Shown here: piece by piece, positions 60,183-64,000 of the stretch
Position numbering within the stretch: the first letter of the stretch is position 1
Layout of the letters: each line of letters opens with the position of its first letter
Source: Octopus bimaculoides
Lineage: Eukaryota
Reading direction: 5' to 3'
Length of the DNA stretch: 64,000 nt
Assembly (NCBI RefSeq): GCF_001194135.2
Contig: NC_068987.1
Coordinates: forward strand, 13,917,747 to 13,981,746
Notes under the pieces: generated by a model
The model's database searches: none
The model's input: the letters and a program-made list of their open reading frames with translations, nothing else
What the model was told of the DNA's origin: nothing
Position numbers and translations under genes: made by a program

Positions 60183-61400
60183 TATATATACATATACACA
60201 CATACCTACATATATATGTGTGTTTTTGTGTACATATATATATTTTTATAATCGGGAGGCTATTTCCATTCTGATTTATTACGAAGTTATCCATTTTTAT
60301 GATAAACCAAATCACATAGCTGCACTGACAAATCACCATTCCTAATGTCACCCTTCAGGGTGTCATTAGATTTTTAAATATACATATTAGACAAGAACAT
60401 ATATAGGCTAAACATATACATACATACATACATACATAAACAAACACACTCACATAAATACATACATGTATATATGTGTGTGTATATATGTATGTATNNN
60501 NNNNNNNNNNNNNNNNNNNNNNNNNNNNNNNNNNNNNNNNNNNNNNNNNNNNNNNNNNNNNNNNNNNNNNNNNNNNNNNNNNNNNNNNNNNNNNNNNNNN
60601 NNNNNNNNNNNNNNNNNNNNNNNNNNNNNNNNNNNNNNNNNNNNNNNNNNNNNNNNNNNNNNNNNNNNNNNNNNNNNNNNNNNNNNNNNNNNNNNNNNNN
60701 NNNNNNNNNNNNNNNNNNNNNNNNNNNNNNNNNNNNNNNNNNNNNNNNNNNNNNNNNNNNNNNNNNNNNNNNNNNNNNNNNNNNNNNNNNNNNNNNNNNN
60801 NNNNNNNNNNNNNNNNNNNNNNNNNNNNNNNNNNNNNNNNNNNNNNNNNNNNNNNNNNNNNNNNNNNNNNNNNNNNNNNNNNNNNNNNNNNNNNNNNNNN
60901 NNNNNNNNNNNNNNNNNNNNNNNNNNNNNNNNNNNNNNNNNNNNNNNNNNNNNNNNNNNNNNNNNNNNNNNNNNNNNNNNNNNNNNNNNNNNNNNNNNNN
61001 NNNNNNNNNNNNNNNNNNNNNNNNNNNNNNNNNNNNNNNNNNNNNNNNNNNNNNNNNNNNNNNNNNNNNNNNNNNNNNNNNNNNNNNNNNNNNNNNNNNN
61101 NNNNNNNNNNNNNNNNNNNNNNNNNNNNNNNNNNNNNNNNNNNNNNNNNNNNNNNNNNNNNNNNNNNNNNNNNNNNNNNNNNNNNNNNNNNNNNNNNNNN
61201 NNNNNNNNNNNNNNNNNNNNNNNNNNNNNNNNNNNNNNNNNNNNNNNNNNNNNNNNNNNNNNNNNNNNNNNNNNNATTTATGTATGTATATATATATATA
61301 TCTGTATATGTGTATATATATGTATGCATATATATATTTGTATGTATATATATATATATATATCTGTATGTGTACATAAATGTATATATGTATGTATATA

Positions 61401-62235
61401 AAAGTCTCCCAGAAAATACAAAACACTAGCGATGTTACAAGTTTGCAGCAGCAGATGGACTTAATTTACAGATGGGCTGAGGACAATAAAATAGAGTTTA
61501 ATGCTGGAAAGTTCCAAGCCCTGCACTAGCAGCACCAAAAACTGAATGTAGAACTCACAGGATACACTGGCCCATGGGGGATTACAATTCCAGAACCTAA
61601 TTCAGTGCAGGACCTGGGTATCGACATGAGTGATGATACTTCTTTCCAAGTGCACAATACCTAAATGTGCAGATGGCTGGCTGCCTGGATCCAGAGAACC
61701 TTCAGTACTAGAGAGAAGGAAACCATGATGGTCCTCTGGAGAAAATTCATCCCCAGCCCCCTGGACTACTGCTCCCAGTTATGGTCATCCCAAAGTGTAA
61801 AATTAACAGCGGACCATGAAGCATTCCAGCGAAGCTTCACAAAGAAGATCGTCTCATGACAACGGCTCAGCTACTGGGAAAGGCTGAAGCTAAGACTCTA
61901 CTCTCTGGAGTGAAGGTGGGAGAGATATGCGGTAATATACATCTGGAAGATCCTCGAAGGGATTGTACCAAATTTTGGCATTGAAAGCTACACAAATATC
62001 AGAACAGGTCAACAGTGCACACTGCCAAAGATTCCAGCACTTCAGGAGCAATTACTGCAACAGCCTGGGTTTCAAGGACCCACAGATTTTAAATATTCTC
62101 CCAAAGAGCCTGAGGGACCTACACAAAGTGGATGTAGGAGTTTTCAAATCAAAGCTGGATCTCTTCCTGTCAAGAGTCCTAGATGAACCTACCTCGTAGC
62201 AGGAGGCACAAATGAGGTCAGCGATACCAAACTGA
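61401..62235 (+). mobile_element. 5'-truncated CR1/L2-type LINE, C-terminal RT region with stops and frameshifts
   Basis: [64 protein letters not shown] motifs. Confidence 0.85.
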
Positions 62236-62424
62236 GTACTCCACAGACACATGTACCCTTAATGTAGTTCTCGGACAGATTCAGCGTGACACAGAGATTG
62301 ACAAGGCTAGCCCTTTAAAATAAAGGTACAACAAAAACAGGATGAAAGAATGAGAGAAAATTGTGGTAGAAGTACAGCAGGGTTCACCACCAGCCCTTGC
62401 TGGAGCCTCGTGTTTTAGCTCAGT

Positions 62425-62479
<55 letters not shown>

Positions 62480-64000
62480 ATATATATATATCATCATCAT
62501 TATTATCGTTTAACGTCCGCTTTCCATGCTAGCATGGGTTGGATGATTTGATTGAGGACTGGTGAACCAGATGGCTACACCAGGCTCCAATCTGATCTGG
62601 CAGAGTTTCTACAGCTGGATGCCCTTCCTAATGCCAACCACTCCCGAGAGTGTAGTGGGTGCTTTTACATGCCACCGGCACGAAAGCCAGTCTCAATGGA
62701 GAGAAAAGGACTTCATTAAGAAATTCAAACCCAAGCTTAACAAACAATGATTAAATTAATCTTATTTGGGGTTTAAAAATCTTATCCCTATAACTAAAAC
62801 ACAAAATGTGGTCTCCTTACATGCTCGAGGGTGCAGTCAAAACCCAATGCACGAGAAAAATATTCATAGTTATTGCACATTGCTTGTAAGCGACCAGGCC
62901 ACTTGAATGAATAAAAATCCCAGTTAGCTCTATACCCATGTGTTTCATCATTAATGATCAAATAAATAAATTAATTATTCAATTAATTGAGTAATTAACT
63001 AACTGTGGTTCATCAACAGAGTCGCTGGAAAATGCATAATTATAAAACTGTAAAACGTACTGAAACCATACAGTAATCACATGTGCATTTATTTCCATCT
63101 TTACACATGAATTCAAATCGAATGTCCTCAACCAACGTGCAGAGTCAGAGTAGTACAGCAGTGAATGAGTACAAGCATATATTATCTGCTGAAGCATTAA
63201 AATATTTAACTATATAAGTACAGGCTAAAAATTATGAAATTAATAATCTATGCCAGTAGTTAATATGCGTACTAAAAGCGTATAAGAATTTATACACAGA
63301 GAGGAGACCACCATGTGAACTCCTTACATGCTAGAGAGGGCAGTCAAAACCCAAACTATATATTCTGTGTGTACATATACATATATATATAATTTAAATA
63401 ATTTGGGAAAACAAATTTCCAAATCAATCAGGTACAACCCTTCAGCATTATATGCATCTACATATCATCCCTTGGGGTCTTATTTATCATATATTTATGT
63501 ATTTATCTATAAATATACAAAGTATTTGATAAAAGTCAATATTAATTCAATTTTGGGGGATTAATCGATATGCAGGTATTCTGTTTCAGATAATACAAAA
63601 AATAACCTAATGAGTACATCTGGCAGTAAACTCATGGTATCAGTTTGCACATCACAAAATAATACTTAAAGGATATAACCAAAAATTACCAGCAGGATAT
63701 ATATTATACTTCATTAATTATCTCCTACTTTAGTTAATACTTAAATTTATTAAATATGAAGGAACTACACGTGTTTCAGTATTGGAAGATTACAATATAT
63801 ATACATACACACAACTGAATACATATATAAGTACATGTATGCAATCGTCAGATTTACAATTATTCTAACACATCTTCAGGTTCTTTTTCAAAATATTATA
63901 TATCTAACTTTACATCCCTTTAAAAATAGGCAATACAATTAAGCATTAATTAAAGATTAAAAATTAAGAATTAAAAATAAAAATAAAAACTATACTTTGT

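Noticed and set aside
490-63564. Most ORFs in the supplied six-frame track
   Set aside because: They derive from microsatellites, SINEs or N-runs (poly-I/Y, S/L, H/T, X). Only those overlapping the listed exons and TE fragments contain real coding sequence.
1-64000. CRISPR array, rRNA or prokaryotic systems
   Set aside because: No repeat-spacer arrays, rRNA sequence or operon-like ORFs; this is intron-rich eukaryotic DNA.
43000-64000. A second protein-coding gene downstream of C2CD5
   Set aside because: I found no exon chain or recognisable host-protein motif on either strand; short exons or exons in gaps could have been missed.

Overview
AT-rich, microsatellite- and SINE-dense animal genomic DNA with seven N-gaps. 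The repeat families suggest an octopus genome (inference, not verified). The ORF track is almost entirely repeat or gap noise. One real gene is present: the 3' ~two-thirds of a C2CD5 (CDP138/KIAA0528) orthologue on the + strand. I reconstructed 21 GT-AG exons from 12481 to the TGA at 39201-39203 (2207 nt, ~734 aa), with every splice phase compatible. The C2-domain exons lie upstream of the window or partly in a gap. The rest is tRNA-derived SINEs, two TTAA-flanked piggyBac-like MITE families, a decayed 1.2-kb Tc1/mariner element with TIRs, RTE and CR1/L2-type LINE fragments and several tandem repeats. The most interesting element is at 18349-18719: a tRNA-like Pol III head plus (AAT)n joined to a Penelope-type tail, with an inverted copy of the tail upstream. 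The inverted copy holds a complete minimal type-I hammerhead ribozyme, while the copy that is sense to the host gene has a mutated catalytic core. Also notable are several in-frame candidate microexons/cassette exons of C2CD5, a hairpin cluster containing the first AATAAA downstream of the stop codon, and a strong + strand bias of one SINE family.
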